From: Heptranchias perlo
Lineage: Eukaryota
Reading direction: 5' to 3'
DNA length: 64,000 bases
Assembly (NCBI RefSeq): GCF_035084215.1
Contig: NC_090353.1
Span: 10,230,001-10,294,000 of the forward strand
The notes under the pieces were generated by a model. It was given only the letters and a program-made list of their open reading frames with translations, made no database searches and had not been told where the DNA came from. Of the stretch, positions 22,190-47,689 are shown piece after piece. Every line of letters starts with the position of its first letter. Within the stretch, counting starts at the first letter, position 1. The translations under genes were made by a program, and so were the position numbers.

Positions 22190-25100
22190 AACAACAGGAA
22201 GAATGTGCAGGTGAATACATGGCTGGAGAAGTAGGACAGGAGGGAGGGCTTCAGATTCCTGAGCATTGGGACCAGCTCTGGGGCAGGAGGGACCTGTACA
22301 AGCCGGAACAGGGCTGGGACCAATGTCCTCGCGGGGAGGCTCACCAGTGCTGTGGGGAAGGTTTAAACAAATTTGGCAGGGGGAGAGGAACCAGGATGTA
22401 GCAGCAGAGAGGAGAGACAAGGTGCATAGAAAACTAGGAGGGACAAATGTCAACAGAATAAACAATAGTATAGAAAGAGCAGGGATTAGATGGAGGAAGA
22501 AAAGCAAAGCAGACTAGTAGGTGTTGGAATGCATGTGTGTTAATGAGAGGAGTGTTACAAATAAGGTTGTTGAGCTGCAGGCACAAGTTGCAACATGGGG
22601 TTATGATATAGCGGCGATAACGGAGACCTGGATTAAACAGGGGCAGGAATGGGAGCTAAACATTCCTGGCTACAATGTATTCAGAAAGGATAGCGAAGGA
22701 AAAAAAAGGTGGGGGGGGCGGTGGCATTATTGATCATGGATAATATTGCAGTTTTATAGAGGGATGATATACAAGAGGGTTCAAGGACTAAATCTATTTG
22801 GTTAGAGTTAAGGAATAGAAAAGGAGCTGTAACATTGCTGGGTGTTTATTATAGACCCACAAATAGTGAAAAGGAGATACAGGAGCAAATCTGTAGGCAA
22901 ATTTCAGAGAAATATATAAATAATAGAGCAGTAATAGTGTGGGACTTCAATTACCCTAATATAGACTGGGGATAACAGTGTAAAGGGCAAAGAGGGGGAC
23001 AAACTCCTGAAATGTGTACAGGAGAACTTCCTTAATCAGTATGTTTCTAGCCCAACAAGGAAGGAAGGAGTGCTGGATCTGGTTCTGGAGAATTAAATAG
23101 GGCAAGTGGAGTGTGTTTCAGTAGGAGAACATCTGGGTAATAGTGATCATAATATAATTAGGTTTAAAGTAGTTCAGGAAAGGGACAAAGAAAAATCAAA
23201 GGTGAAAATACCCAACTGGAAGAGAGACAATTTCAGTGATTTGAGAAGGGACCTAGACTGGAAACAAAGATTGGCCAAGAAAACAGTAACTGAGCAATGG
23301 CAGGCCTTCAAGGCAGAGATAGTTGGGGTACAAACCAAGCATATTCCCATAAGGAGGAAAGATCGGGCATTCAAAGCGAGAGCTCCCTGGATGACAAAGG
23401 AAAAAGCAGTTAAAATAAAACCGAAAAAGGAGGTTTATGACAAATGTCAGGTACAGAATACAATAGATAAGCAGAATAGAGAGAGTGCAGGGGGAAATTG
23501 AAAAAGGATGTAAGAAGGGCAAAGAGAGAATATGAGGAAAGATTAGCGGTTAACATAAAAGGGAACCCAAAAATCTTTTATAAACATACTAAAAATAAAA
23601 GGATAGCTAAAGGAGTGGTGGCAACAATTAGAGACAAAGGAGGAGGCCTTCTTGTGGAGGCAGAGGACATGATTGAGGTACTGAATGAGTACTTTGATTC
23701 TGTCTTCATAAAAGAAGAGGATGAAGTTAATGTTGCAGTGGAGGAGGAGGGAGTAGAGATATTGGACAGGATAAAAATAGATAGAAAAGAGGTGCATTAC
23801 TCAAAGTTAACAAATCACCCGGTCAGATGAGATACATCCTGGGTTGCTGGGGGAAGCAAGGGTGAAGATAGCAGAAGCTCTGACCACAATCTTTGAATCC
23901 TGCTTGGATATGGGAGTGGTGCCAGAGGACTGGAGGATTGTAAATGTTATACCTCTATTCAAAAAAGGGGGGAGGGATAAACCTGGTAACTACAGGCCAG
24001 TCAATCTATCATCAGTGGTGGGAAAACTACTAGAGACCATTGTCAAGGACAAAATTAAATCTCACTTAGAGAGGCATGGGTTAATAAGGGACAGCCAGCA
24101 CGGATTTGTTAAAGGGAAATTGTGTCTGACTAACCTGATTGAGTTCTTTGATGAAGGATCAGAGATGGTTGATGGAGGTAGTGCAGTAGATGTTGTGTAT
24201 ATGGACTTTCAAAAGGCATTTGATAAAGTACCACATAACAGACTTATTCGGAAAATAGAAGGTTAAAAGGGATGGTGGTAACTTGGGTACATAATTGGCT
24301 AAGGGATAGGTGGCAGAAAGTAATGGTGAACGGATGTTTTTCTGACTAGAGAAAAGTATGCAATGGGGTCCCCCATTAGGACCATTGCTTTTCTTGTTAT
24401 ATATAAATGACTTGGACTTGGATATAGGGAGTACAATTGTGAAGTTTGCGGATGATACAAAACATGGTAATGTAGTAAATAGTGAGCAGGATGGTAGCAG
24501 ACTTCAGGAGGACATAGACAGACTGGTGAAATGGGCAAACCCATGGGAGATGCAATTTAATGTGGATAAGTGTAAAGTGATGCACTTTGGAAGGAACAAC
24601 ACAGAGAGGCAGTATAATGTAAATGGTACTATTTTGAAAGGGGTGCGAGAGTAAAGGGACCTGGGGGTGCACATTCACAAATCTTTAAAGGTGGCAGGGT
24701 AAGTTGATAAGGTGGTTAAAAAAGCATATGGGATACTTGGCTTTGTAAATAGAGGCAATGAATACAAAAGCAAGGAAGTCGTGCTAAACCTTTACAAATC
24801 ACTGGTTGGACCTCAGCTGGAGTATTGTGTACAATTCTGGGCACCACAGTTTAGGAAGGATGCCAAGTCCTTGGAGAGGGTACAGAGGAGGTTTACCAGG
24901 ATCCTACCAGGGATGAGCGACTTCAGTTATGTGGAACGATTAGAAAAGCTGGGATTGTTCTCCTTACAGCAGAAAAGCTTATGGGGAGACCTAATAGAGG
25001 TATTCAAAATAATGAAGGGTTTTGATAGAGCGAGTAGGGAGGAACGGATTCCTCTGGCAAGTGGGTCGGTAACCAGAGATCATAGATTTAAAATAATTGG

Positions 25101-25370
25101 CAAAAGAACCAGAGGGGAAATGAGGAGAAAGTTTTTCACGTTGTTAAGATCTGGAACGCACTACCTGAAAGGGCGGTGGAAGCAGATTCCATAGGAACTT
25201 TCAAAAGGCAATTAGACATGTACTTGAAGAGGACTAAATTGCAGGGTTATGGGGAAAAAGCTGGGGCGTGGGACTAAATTGGGTAGCTCTTTCAAAGAGC
25301 TGGTACAGGCATGACGGGGTGAATGGCCTCCTTCTGTGCTGTAACATTCTGTGATTCTATTCTATGAATC
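22190..25370 (+). mobile_element. Long decayed CR1 LINE (ORF1 end, APE endonuclease, RT)
   Basis: ITETW, HLGNSDHN, NYRPVNLSSVVGK, YMDFQKAFDKVPH, KFADD; many stops/frameshifts. Confidence 0.92.
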
Positions 25371-25509
25371 CACACGTTTCTGCATTACATAATACAACCC
25401 CATATAAGGTGAATTTTAATAAGCTTTTCCCTTACCAGTAACTTTCGTTTTAATGAGTTCTTTTGACTGTAGACTGGTATAACTCCCTACTTTGTTATCT
25501 TATTGGGGG

Positions 25510-28500
25510 GGGGGGGGGGAGGGTGAACATCCAGTGGTGGTGGTCCATATCCATACCAATGTCATACGTAGAAAGAGGAATGAGGTCCTTAAGGCAGATT
25601 TTAAGGAGCTAGGAAAGAAATTAATAAGCATGACCTCAAAGGTAGTAATCTCCGGATTACTTCCGGTGCCATGCACTAGTGAGTATAGAAATAGGAGGAT
25701 AGAGCAGATGAATGCGTGGCTGGAGAGATGGTGCAGGAGGGAGGGCTTTCGATTCCTGGGGCATTGGGACTGGTTCTGGGGGAGGTGGGACCTGTACAAG
25801 CCGGAAGGGTTGCACCACAACAGGGCCGGGACCAATATCCTCACGGGGAGGTTTGCTAGTGTTGTTGGGGAGGGTTTAAACTAGCTTGGCAGGGGGATGG
25901 GAACCTGAGCATAGATTCAGAAGGGAGAGAAACAGAGCTAGAAATGGAAGGCAGAAAATTAGTAAGTGAGTTTGGAAGGCAGAGAAAACAAAGGTTAGGA
26001 AATAGACAATGAGGGAGTTTGGCAGTGCATAATGGTGTATACCTCAATGCAAGGAGTATAGTGAATAAGGCAGATGAGCTGAGGGCACAAATAGACATGT
26101 GGAAGTACGATATCTTAGCTATCACTGAAACATGGCTTTATCAGGGGCAGGAATGGCAGCTCAACGTTACTGGTTACAGGGTTTTCAGATGAGATATAAA
26201 AAGGGGGGGGGTGGCAATATTGGTTAAAGAAACAATTACGGCTGTGACGAGGGAAGATGTGTTAGAAGGATCATCAAATGAGGCCATATTGGTTGAGCAA
26301 AAGAACAGAAAAGGGGCAATCACACTGCTGGGAGTGTACTATAGACCCCCAAACAGTCAAGAGGAGATAGAAGAGCAAATATGTAGGCAAATTTTTCAGA
26401 AGTGCAAAAACAATAGGGCAGTAATGGTAGGGGATTTCAACTACCTTAATATTAACTGGCATACAATCAGTGTAAAAGGTATAGAGAGTGCAGAATTCTC
26501 GAATTGCATTCAGGAGAACTTTCTTAGCTAGTACATAGCAAACCCAACAAGAGGGAGGGCAGTTCTGGATTTAATTTTGGGGAATGAAGCTGGGCAGGTG
26601 GAAGGAGTATCAGTGGGAGAGCATTTTAGTGGTAGTGATCATAATTCAGTTAGATTTAGCATAGTTATGAAAAATTACAAAAATAGAACAGGAGTAAAAG
26701 TTCTAAATTGGGGAAAAGCCAATTTTACTAAGCTGAGAAGTGATTTAGCAAAAGTGGACTGGAAACGGCTACTTGAAGGTAAATCAATGTCAGAGCAGTG
26801 GGAGGCATTCAAGGGGGAGATTTAAGGGGTTCAGAGTAAACATTTCCCACAAAGAAAAAGGGTGAGACTGCCAAATCTAGAACCCCCTGGATAACAAGGA
26901 GCATACAGGGCAAAAAAGGGAAGCTTATATCAGGCACTGAGAGCAGAAAGCCTAGAGGAGTGTAGAGCGTGCAAGGGTGAAATTAAAAAGGAAATTAGGA
27001 AAGCAAAGAGAGGGCATGAAAAAATATTGGCAAGTAAAATTAAGGAAAACCCAAAATTGTTTTATAAATACATAAAGAGCAAGAGGATATCTAAGTATAG
27101 AGTAGGGCCCATTAGAGACCCAAAAGGTAGCCAATGTGTGGAAGTGGAAGATGTGGGTATGGTTCTTAATGAATACTTTTCAAAAGAGTCTTCACAAAAG
27201 AGGGGGACAATGCAGAGATTGTAGGTAAGGAGGAGTGTGAAATATTGGATGAGATAAACATAGTGAGAGAGGAAGTATTAAGGGGTTTAGCATCTTTGAA
27301 AGTAGATAAATCGCCAGGCCCGGATGAAATGTATCCCAGGCTGTTAAAAGAAGCAAGGGAGGAAATAGCAGAGGCTCTGACCATCATTTTCCAATCCTCC
27401 CTGGCTCCAGGCATGGTGCCGGAGGATTGGAGGACTGCTAATGTTGTACCATTGCTTAAAAAGGGAGAAAGGGATAGACCTAGTAATTACAGGCCAGTCA
27501 GTCTAACCTCAGTGGTGGGCAAATTATTAGAATCAATTCGGAGGCACAGTATAAACCGTCATTTAGAAAGGCATGGATTAATCAAGGACAGCCAACATGG
27601 ATTTGTTAAGGGAAGGTCGTGTCTGACTAACTTTATTGAATTTTTTGAGGTAACAAGGAGGGTCGATGAGGGTAATGCATTTAATGTAGTGTACATGGAT
27701 TTTAGCAAGGCTTTTGACAAGGTCCCACATGGCAGACTGGTCAAAAAAGTAAAAGCCCAAGGGATCCAAGGGAAAGTGGCAAGTTGGATCCAAAATTGGC
27801 TCCGTGGCAGGAAGCAAAGGGTAATGGTCAACGGGTGTTTTTGTGACTGGAAGACTGTTTCCAGTGGGGTTCCGCAGGGCTCAGTACTAGGTCCCTTGCT
27901 TTTTATGGCATATATTAATCATTTAAACTTAAATGTAGGGGGAATGATTAATAAGTTTGCAGATGATACAAAAATTGGCCGTGTGGTTGATAGTGAGGAG
28001 AAAAGCTGTAGACTGCAGGAAGATATCAATGGACCGATCAGGTGGGCAGAAAATTGGCAAATGGAATTCAATCCGGAGAAGTGTGAGGTAATGCATTTGG
28101 GGAGGTCAAACAAGGCAAGGGAATACACAATACATGGGAGGATACTGAGAGATATTGAGGAACAAAGGGACCTTGGAGTGCATGTCCACAGATCAATGAA
28201 GGTAGCAGGACAGGTAGATAAGGTGGTTAAGAAGGCTTAAGGGATACTTTCCTTTATTAGCCGAGGCATAGAATATAAGAGCAGGGAGGTTGTGCTAGAA
28301 CTGTATAAAACACTAGTTAGGCCACAGCTTGAGTACTGCGTACAGTTCTGGTCACCACATTACAGGAAAGATGTGATTGCACTAGAGAGGATACAGAGGA
28401 TATTTACGAGGGTGTAGCCAGGACTGGAGAATTTTAGCTGTGAGGAAAGATTGGATAGGCTGGGGTTGTTTTCTTTGGAACAGAGGAGGCTGAGGGGTGA

Positions 28501-28870
28501 TTTAATTGAGGGGTATAAAAATATGAGGGGCCTAGATAGAGTGGACAGGAAGGACCTATTTCCCTCAACAGAGAGGTCAATAACCAGGGGGCATAGGTTT
28601 AAAGTATTTGGTAGAAGGATTAGAGGGGAGCTGAGGAAAAGATTTTTCACCCAGAGGGTGGTAGGGATCTGGAATTCTCCACCTGAAAGGGTGGTAGAGG
28701 CAGAAACCCTCATCACATTTAAAAAGTAGTTGGATGTGCACTTGAAGAGCCATGACCTACAAGGTTACAGACCAAGTGCTGGAAAGTGGGATTAGGCTGG
28801 GTAGCTCTTTTTCGACCGGCACAAACACGAATGGCCTCCTTCTGTGCTGTAAATTTTTCTATGTTTCTAT
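25510..28870 (+). mobile_element. Long decayed CR1 LINE (esterase-type ORF1 end + ORF2)
   Basis: KVVISGLLPVP ORF1 motif; 331-aa RT stretch 27245-28240. Confidence 0.92.
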
Positions 28871-29384
28871 GGTAGTCCTTACAGTCCCCCCTCTAATGGC
28901 TTTAGAGTATTTAAGGCCAATGCTAAACATTATTTCATCAGTATCACATATCTATTTATTACACAGACCTCTACCATCCGTTTTACATTTCCCTGCAACC
29001 ATTTCCACTTTTTGCCACAAATGCACCTCCCAGCTTCAACCTGAATCTTGTATATAAGCCAAAAAGGGCCTTCCACTGCATACCTATAAAATCTCAACCA
29101 TGAAGGAGAACATATCTTATATGCTACTAATTAAACCTATATTGGGACCTTACTGTCATAGAAAAGAGATGACGTAGGTCTTTGTCCATTCACAGTTCAG
29201 ACCCAAAGAATGATGTCAAAGCTAAATTAAGCATCCCCAGGTATGTTTGAGATCCCCTGTTGGGGCAATAATACTTAGGGGACCTAATGACATAACCTAT
29301 TGGTTATCCCACTGTTCAAGATGGCAAGTGGACCACACTAGATCTCATATACAAAAAAGTGGCACATTCCTTTCAGAAATGCCC

Positions 29385-29800
29385 AGAATATTCTGGGTCA
29401 GAAGGTTGCACGTTCAAGTCCCACTCCGGAGACTTGAGCACATAATCTAGGCTGACACTTCAGTGCAGTACTGAAGGAGTGCTGCACTGTCAGAGGTGCC
29501 GTCTTTCAGATGAGATGTTAAACCGAGGCCCCAGCTGCCCTCTCAGGTGAATGTAAAGGATCTAATGGCACTATTCAAAGAGCTGGGGTGTTCTCCTCAG
29601 TGTCCTGGCCAATATTTATCTTTCAGCCAACATCACTAAAACAGATTATCTGGTCATTCTCTCATTGCTGTTTGTGGGACCTTGCTGTGCGCAAATTGGC
29701 TGCCACATTTCCTACATTACAACAGTGAATACACTTCAAAAGTACTTTGGCTGTAAAGGGCTTTGAGACGCCTAAGGTTGTGAAAGGCGCTACATAGTAC
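29385..29800 (+). mobile_element. Deu-domain-type SINE (SacSINE1/AmnSINE1-like)
   Basis: B-box gttcaagtccc, core gatgagatgttaaaccgaggcccc...ggcactattc, L2-like tail; further copies at ~50490-50790 (+) and ~52955-53260 (-). Confidence 0.7.
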
Positions 29801-30359
29801 TTGAAAGTACAATATTTCCTTTCAAATTTTACCTTTCAAGTACTATATAGCACTTGAAAGAAAATCTTTGCAGGCCTATGGGAAAAGGGCAGGGGAGTGG
29901 GACTAACTGGATTGCTCTTGCATAGAGCCGGCATGGACTCGATGGGCCGAATAGCCTCCTTCTTTGCTGTAACCTTTCTTTGATTCTATAAATGCAAGTA
30001 CGTTCTTTTCTTATCCAGCATATTGTAGAAGACATCAAACAGGATGGGTGACAGTGGACAACTTTGCCATATTGCTAAGAGAAATAGACCCATCCACCAT
30101 TATATGAAGCACACATCCCAGATATAATCCCAAATTTGGCCATGTACTATCATAACTTCCAAATTCTTCATCAGTGCCATAGAGACATTAGGCTGAAAGC
30201 TTCATGCAAATCAATGAAAGCAAATGTTCGGTGAGCCTAACAATGTACTGTGCTCTTGAATAAAGACCCTACCTACTCCACACATTCGTCATAATCCAGC
30301 CTGTTCCATTTTGATAATGCTTTGGTTTTCCAATACATATCCCATGATAAACCAGACTG

Positions 30360-33300
30360 ACATAGAAACATGGAAAATAGGACAAGAGTAGGCCATTCGG
30401 CCCTTCAGGCCTGCTCCGCCATTCAAAATGATCATGGCTGATCGTCTAACTCAGTACTCTGTTCCCGCTTTTTCCCCATATCCCTTGATCCCTTTAGCAT
30501 TAAGAAATATATCTATCTCTTTCTTGAATACATCTAATGACTTGACCTCCACTGCCTTCTGTGGTAGAGAATTCCACAGGTTCACCACCCTCTGAGTGAA
30601 GAAAATTCTCCTCATCTCGGTCCTAAATGGCATACCCCGTATCCTGAGACTGTGACCCCTGGTTCTGGACTTCCCAGCCATCAGGAACATCCTCCCTGCG
30701 TCTAGTCTGTTAGAATTTTATATGTTTCGATGAGATCACCTCTCATTCTTCTAAACTCTAGTGAATATAGGCCTAGTCAACCCAATCTCTCCTCATACGT
30801 CAGTCCTGCCATCCCATGAATCAGTCTGTTAAGCCTTTGTTGCACTCCCTTCATGGCAGGGACATCCTTCCTCAGATGAGACTAAAACTTTTTTTTTAAT
30901 TCGTTCATGGGATGTGGGCGTCACTGGCGAGGCCGGCATTTATTGCCCATCCCTAATTGCCCTACACAAGGTGGTGGTGAGCCGCCTTCTTGAACCGCTG
31001 CAGTCCGTGTGGTGAAGGTTCTCCCACAGTGCTGTTAGGAAGTGAGTTCCAAGATTTTAACCCAGCGACGATGAAGGAACGGCGATATATTTCCAAGTCG
31101 GGATAGTGTGTGACTTGGAGGGGAACGTGCAGGTGGTGTTGTTCCCATGTACCTGCTGCTCTTTTCCTTCTAGGTGGTAGAGGTCGCGGGTTTAGGAGGT
31201 GCTGTCGAAGAAGCCTTGGCGAGTTGCTGCAGTGCATCCTGTGGATGGTACACACTGCAGCCACTGTGCGCCGGTGGTGAAGGATGTGAATGTTTAGGGT
31301 GGTGGATGGGGTGCCAATCAAGTGGGCTGCTTTGTCCTGGATGGTGTCGAGCTTCTTGAATGTTGTTGGAGCTGCACTCATCCAGGCAAGTGGAGAGTAT
31401 TCCATCACACTCCTGACTTGTGCCTTGTAGATGGTGGAAAGGATTTGGGGAGTCAGGAGGTGAGTCACTCGCCACAGAATGCCCAGCCTCTGACCTACTC
31501 TTGTAGCCACAGTATTTATATGGCTGGTCCAGTTAAGTTTCTGGTCAATGGTGACCCCCAGGATGTTAATGGTGGGGGATTCGGCGATGGTAATGCCGTT
31601 GAATGTCAAGGGGAGGCGGTTAGACTCTCTCTTGTTGGAGATGGTCATTGCCTGGCGCTTGTCTGGCGCGAATGTTACTTGCCACTTATCAGGCCAAGCC
31701 TGGATGTTGTCCAGGTCTTGCTGCATGCGGGCTCGGACTGCTTCATTATCTGAGGGGTTGCGAATGGAACTGAACACTGTGCAATCATCAGTGAACATCC
31801 CCATTTCTGACCTTATGATGGAGGGAAGGTCATTGATGAAGCAGCTGAAGATGGTTGGGCCTTGGACACTGCCTTGAGGAACTCCTGCAGCAATGTCCTG
31901 GGGCTGAGATGATTGGCCACCAACAACCACTACCATCTTCCTTTGTGCTAGGTATGACTCCAGCCACTGGAGAGTTTTCCCTGATTCCCATTGACTTCAA
32001 TTTTACTAGGGCTCCTTGGTGCCACACTCAGTCAAATGCTGCCTTGATATCAAGGGCAGTCAATCTCACCTCACCTCTCAACTGCACACAATACTCCAGA
32101 TGTGGTCTCACAAAGGCCCTGTATAACTGCAGTAAGACATCCCTGCTCCTGTACTCAAATCCTCTTGCAATGAAGGCCATCATACCATTCGCCTTCCTAA
32201 CTGCTTGCTGCACCTGAATGCTCACTTTCAGTGACTGGTGTACAAGGACACCCAGGTCTCGTTGCACCTCCCCTTTTCCCAATCTATCACCATTCAGATA
32301 ATAATCTGCCTTTCTGTTTTTACAACCAAAGTGGATAACCTCACATTTATCCACGTTATACTGCGTCCGCCATGTTCATGCCCACTCACCCGACCTGTCT
32401 AAATCACATTGGAGCCTCTTTGCATCCTCCTCACAGCTCACATTCCACCCCAGCTTTGTGTCGTCTGCAAACTTAGAAATGTTACATTTAGTTCCCTCAT
32501 CCAAATCATTGATATATATTGTGAATTGCTGGGGCCCAAGCACTGATCCCTGCGGTACCCCACTAGTCACTGCCTGCCACCTGGAAAAAGACCCGTTTAT
32601 TCCTACTCTCTCTTTCCTGTCTGTCAACCAATTCTCAATCCATGCCAGTATATTGCCCCCAATCCTATGTGCTTTAATTTTGCACACTAACCTCTTGTGT
32701 GGGACCTTATCAAAAGCCTTCTGAAAATCCAAATACACCACATCCATTGGTTCTCCCCTATCTATTCCATTAGTTACATCCTCAAAAAACTCCAGTAGAT
32801 TTGTTAAGCATGATTTCTCTTTCATGAACCTATGCTGACTTTGTCCAATCCCGTTAATGCCCTCCAAGTGTTCTGTTATTACATCTTTTATAATAGACTA
32901 GGCTAACTGGTCTGTAATTCCCTGTTTTTTCTCTCCCTCCTTTTATAAATAGTGGGGTTACATTTGCCACCCTCCAATCTGTAGGAACTGTTCCAGAGTC
33001 TATAGAATTTTGGAAGATGACCACCAATGCATCCACTACTTCCAGGGCCACTTCCTTTAGTACTCTGGGATGTAGATTATCGGCCCTGGGGATTTGTCAG
33101 CCTTTAGCTTCATTAATTTCCCTAGCACTATTTTGTTTACTAATACTGGTTTCCTTCAGTTCCTCCCTCTCACCAGGCCCTTGGTTCCCTAACATTTCTG
33201 GCAGGTTATTTGTGTCCTCTTTTATGAAGACAGAACCAAAGTATGTGTTTAATTGTTCTGCCATTTCTTTGTTCCCCATTATAATTTCCCCTATTTCTGA

Positions 33301-35030
33301 CTGTAAGGGACCTACATTTGTCTTCACTAATCTTTGTCTCTTGACATATTTATGGAAGCTTTTATAGTCAGTTTTTATGTTCCCTGCTAGTTTATTCTCA
33401 TACTCTATCTTTCCCCTCTTAATCAATCTCCTTGTCCTCCTTTGCTGAATTCTGAACTGCTCCCAATCCTCAGGCTTGCCGCTTTTTCTGGCAATTTTAT
33501 ATGTCTCCTCTTTGGATCTAATACTATCCCTAATTTATTTTGTAAGCCACGGTTGAGCCACCTTTCCTGTTTTATTTTTGAGCCAGACAGGAATGAATAA
33601 TTGTTGTAATTCCTGCACACGTTCTTTAAATATTATGCACCGTCATCCCTTTTAGTAAAGTTCCCCAATCTATCATTGCCAACTCGCACCTCATACTTTC
33701 ATAATTTCCTTTATTTAAATTCAGGATCCTAATTTCGGATTCAACTACTTCACTCTCCATCCTAATGAGGAATTCTATCATGTTATGGTCGTTCTTCCCT
33801 AAGGGACCCCGCACAACAAGATTGTTAATTCATCCTTCTCATTGCACAACACCCAGTCTAGGATTGCCTGTTCTCCAGTTGGTTCCTCAACGTATTGGTC
33901 TAGAAAACCATTATGTACACACTCAAGGAATTCCTCCCCCACAGTATTATTGCTAATTTGGTTTGACCAATCTATATGTATATTAAAGTCACCCATGATT
34001 ATAGTTGTACCCTTCTTGCATGAGTTTCTAATTTCCTGTTTAATGCCCTCCCCTACATCTCCAGTACTGTTTGGGAGCCTATAGACAACCCCCACCAAGG
34101 TTTTCTGCCCCTTGGTGTTTCTTAGCTCCACCTATACAGATTCCACATTGTGATTTTCTGAGCCAATATCCTTCCTCACTATTGCATTGATTTCCTCCTT
34201 TACTAACAACACTACCCCACCTCCTTTCCCTTTTTGCCTGTCCTTCTTAAATATTGAATACCCCTGGATGTTCAGTTCCCATCCTTGGTCACCCTGCAGC
34301 CATGTCTCCGTAATCGCAACTATATCAAACATTAATATCTATCTGCGCTGTTAATTCATCTACCTTATTGCGAATGCTCCGTGCATTTAAACACTGCCTT
34401 TAGACTTGTCTTTTTAAGATTGCTAGTCATCTTAGTTTTATTTTGCATTATGGCCCTATTTGTTTTTCACCCTTGTTTTCTCTGCCTTCCACTATTGCTT
34501 CTTCCCTTTCTGTCTTTTGTTTCTATCCTTGTTTCCCCCTACTCTGTCTCCCTGCTCAGGTTCCCATCCCCTGCCATTCTAGTTTAAACCTTCCCCAACA
34601 GCATTAGCAAACACCCCCGGTCCTGTTCGGGTGTAACCCGTCCTGCTTGCACAGGTCCCACCTTCCCCAGAACCGGTCCCAATGTCCCAGGAATCTAAAT
34701 CCCTCCCTCCTACCCCATCCCTGCAGCCACGCATTCATCTGGTCTATTCTCCTGTTCCTATACTCACTAGCACGTGGCACTGGTAATAATCCTGAGATCA
34801 CTACCTTTGAGGTCCTGCTTTTTAATTTATCTCCTAACTCCTTCAATTCACCTTGCAGGACCTCATCCCTTTTTTTAAACCTATGTCGTTGGTACCAATA
34901 TGGACGACTACTGGCTGTTCACCCTCCCCCTCCAGAATGCTCTGCAGCCGCTCCATGACATCCTTGACCCTAGCACCAGGGAGGAAACATACCATCCTGG
35001 AGTCACGTTTGCAGCCGCAGAAACGCCTAC
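30360..35030 (-). mobile_element. Long decayed CR1 LINE with nested insertion
   Basis: ORF1 esterase, ITETW endonuclease and RT motifs on minus strand, split at ~30890-32080. Confidence 0.92.
30890..32080 (-). mobile_element. Younger CR1/L2-superfamily LINE 3' part nested in CR1
   Basis: 324-aa RT ORF 30962-31936, poly(A) tail at ~30890, short aact duplication at the junctions. Confidence 0.9.
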
Positions 35031-36070
35031 TGGGCAGAACATTTGCAAACTGGCTGATTGTTGAAACTTTGATTTTTAGAATTAAAGCTCACTTGTCTAC
35101 ACTTATATTTAGAATCTTCCATAGCGATGTTTAGAGCAGGACTGTCCCAACCCGTTACTCCTCATCCCCAGCAGTCCGGGTACACAGTGCTATATGCTCT
35201 TACAATTCTTATTTGCTGGTTTGTCCAGTTTGAATTCTGTGGGCTGCTGGTTTAGAAAAGACTGTTAATAATGCAGTCCACCGCACTGGGTGGATAAACC
35301 CTACCAAGATTTCCTTATTAGCATTGTGTGATTGAGGTGCATTAACGAGAAGATAGATTTGAACACAGCATATCCCAAGGCTGTATGGTACACAGCTACA
35401 CAGCCCACAATGGCAGACGGTTGGGGAACCCCTAACTTAAACAACGTAATGAGGAGCAAGAGTTACGGGGGAGTCAGAAAATCCTTGTGAACTTTTCATG
35501 TATATTAATTCAGCTCCCTCAGTCTATTCCACTCCCCTCTCCCAGTGCAGTCACTGTTTAAACCACTTTTTTTTAATGCCGAAGGCACAATTTTGCTGGG
35601 ATAGTTCCATTGTTAATAACTGCCCTCCTTTAAGCGGCCGTTTTTCACACGCGAGCCCGGACAGCAACGGTTAGCAGGCTATTGGAGCGTGGCAGGTATT
35701 GTAGCCGCACCTGATGTCCATAAATGCACTTTCCAGCAGAGGAAACTGGACAGCAAACAGGAGCAGGAATTCTGGTTTATTTCCCCTCCTTAGCCCAAGG
35801 GCATTGTATCGACTAACAGCGCAGACTAGAATTAATTCCGGTAAACCCTGTGTGTATAGCTCAGTGCTGTGTCAACCAACAACGTATTTACTCATCATGT
35901 AGCTCACAAATAGCACGGGAGCAGATGTCTAACGTTGATCAGAACTCTTTGTTACGTGTTGATTTTTGAAGGCTGAACTCCTTATTTTTAAACTGATGTA
36001 GGAGGCGCCTTTTAGACACAATAACTTAAACCAAGGACAGAGAGGCCGAGATAACTTTCCAAACCATAGC

Positions 36071-36076
36071 TTTATT
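36071..36076 (-). terminator. RPL37: RPL37 poly(A) signal AATAAA
   Basis: 23 nt after the stop codon; short 3' UTR typical of RP genes. Confidence 0.85.
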
Positions 36077-36099
36077 TGTTGTGTGAGTACACCGACAGT

Positions 36100-47358
<11,259 letters not shown>

Positions 47359-47430
47359 TTTCACTGCGCGCGAGAGAGACCGGAAGTACGCCCTCGCACC
47401 CCTCTTATACCCTGATACCGGAAGCGATCT
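47359..47430 (-). promoter_or_regulatory. RPL37: RPL37 TCT/5'TOP promoter with two ETS(GABP)-type CCGGAA sites and TATA-like TATAAG, in a CpG-rich island (~47000-47500)
   Basis: Minus strand reads tataagagggg...cttccggtctctctcgcgcgcagtgaaaATG; CCGGAAG at 47380 and 47418. Confidence 0.85.
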
Positions 47431-47689
47431 CTCGCTGTTGCTGACCTTTGATGTGTCCCCGCTTCAGACCTGCCACCGTGCAACCCGAGGCTGACAAATA
47501 GTTCCTAGTTACTCACTTTTCCTACTCAAACTTCCCGGGCTCTGCGAGAGAGAAGAAGGCAGCGAGTCTGTAACCTTCCAGAACAAATTATTTTTATTAT
47601 TTTAAAGGCAGAACTGGATTCTCCAAAATACACTAAACGTTACATCAAAAATTTCTGCATGGGGGTTTGGGGCATGTCCCCAGGCCACC

